Made by a program: the position numbers and the translations under genes
The notes under the pieces: model-generated
What the model was told of the DNA's origin: nothing
Seen by the model: the letters and a program-made list of their open reading frames with translations, nothing else
Databases searched by the model: none
Assembly (NCBI GenBank): GCA_039935615.1
Contig: JBDTJY010000032.1
Location: 14,265-78,264, forward strand
Direction of reading: 5' to 3'
DNA from: Kofleriaceae bacterium
GTDB taxonomy: Bacteria; Myxococcota_A; Polyangia; Haliangiales; Haliangiaceae
DNA: 64,000 bases
Part shown: one piece after another, positions 63,315 through 64,000 of the stretch
Numbering within the stretch: position 1 is the first letter of the stretch
How the letters are laid out: the number at the start of each line of letters is the position of its first letter

Positions 63315-64000
63315 TTACATCGGACGCAGGGTCAGCACCGCGACCTCGGCCGCCGTGCCTTCACCTGCACGTCGCCGCACCCCCGAGAAGCCGACCCCCG
63401 GCGTCACGTACAGCGTCGTGCGATCGCCGAGCGCAAACGTGCCGCGCCGAAAATTCAGCCCGACCTTCTTCATGATCCGATCGGTGATGCCCTTGATGTA
63501 GATCTGCCCGCCGTGGGTGTGGCCCGACAACACGAGATCCGCGCCGCGTCGCGCGATCGCGGGCGCACGATCCGGCGCGTGACACAGCACGACGCGCGTC
63601 GCATCGTCGGGCACACCGGCGAACGCCGCGTCGAGATCATCGTGACGCGTCACCGGATCGTCGACACCGATCAGCGCGAGCGGCGCGCCGCGCACGTTCG
63701 CGATCGTGTGTTGGTTGCGCAGGACCTCGTAGCCATCCTTCTCGAGCGCGCTGCGTACGCCGGCGCCCCACGTGAAGTAGTCGTGGTTGCCGAGCACGGC
63801 GACGACGCGCGTCGCCTCGAGCCCGGCGAGCTGGTCACCCGCGAGCCCGGCCTCGTGGCGCCGCCAGTTCACGTAGTCGCCGGTCAGCGCGATCACGTCG
63901 GGCTTGGCCGCGTTCGCCGTCTCGATCGCCGAGCGCACGTGCTCCGCAGGAGTCATGTGACCGACGTGGATGTCGGACAACTGCGCGATCCGGACCCCGT
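63315..64000 (-). CDS. Calcineurin-like metallophosphoesterase (YkuE-like), N-terminus beyond the right edge of the window
   Basis: LSDIHVGH, LTGDY, VLGNHD, GHTHGGQ motifs. The reading frame stays open from the stop at 63315 to the window end, so the TTG start shown in the track is probably internal. Confidence 0.85.
   Translation of the reverse strand, partial: GVRIAQLSDIHVGHMTPAEHVRSAIETANAAKPDVIALTGDYVNWRRHEAGLAGDQLAGLEATRVVAVLGNHDYFTWGAGVRSALEKDGYEVLRNQHTIANVRGAPLALIGVDDPVTRHDDLDAAFAGVPDDATRVVLCHAPDRAPAIARRGADLVLSGHTHGGQIYIKGITDRIMKKVGLNFRRGTFALGDRTTLYVTPGVGFSGVRRRAGEGTAAEVAVLTLRPM

Overview
This is a high-GC segment (roughly 68-70% G+C by eye, not computed). It is gene-dense and looks like chromosomal DNA of a myxobacterium (Myxococcota). 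The evidence for that placement: four sigma54 enhancer-binding proteins (one FHA-fused), two Ser/Thr kinases, a PEGA-domain protein, a MYXO-CTERM-like sorting tail, many lipoproteins, frequent GTG/TTG starts, and pervasive 1-4 nt start/stop overlaps (GTGA, ATGA, TGATG). I call about 50 protein-coding genes and one pseudogene. I saw no rRNA, tRNA, CRISPR array, IS element or prophage. Many long ORFs in the six-frame track are Arg/Ala/Pro-rich shadow frames of real genes, and several real genes are N-terminally over-extended in the track, so I trimmed them.

Housekeeping content: pgeF, rel, gmk, yicC, selA, rluD, glpD and a Ski2-like helicase.

The most interesting region is 32.9-46.1 kb, a potassium-homeostasis supercluster. 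On the minus strand it carries a translationally coupled string: a 28-codon hydrophobic ORF, kdpF, kdpA, kdpB, kdpC, a stand-alone KdpD N-terminal/Usp module, and a HAMP/PAS histidine kinase. Upstream of this string sits a very good sigma54 -24/-12 motif (TGGCAC-N5-CTGCA). Its 3' end abuts an NtrC-type sigma54 activator. The divergent partners are a KimA-like APC transporter, the missing KdpD C-terminal (DUF4118) kinase half, and kdpE.

Other points worth a second look:
- a five-gene coupled operon: selA, a MinD/ParA + J-like + RodZ-like HTH fusion, an 88-aa protein, rluD, and an RluA-type synthase with a Cys-motif N-terminal domain
- an ECF sigma / giant FecR-VIT-vWA-TPR protein / Ski2-like helicase / RCC1 lipoprotein string
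- a tandemly duplicated vWA lipoprotein gene whose upstream copy is deleted and frameshifted
- a compact promoter-ORF-terminator unit for a 53-aa basic protein

All functional calls come from motif recognition by eye. No database search was run.
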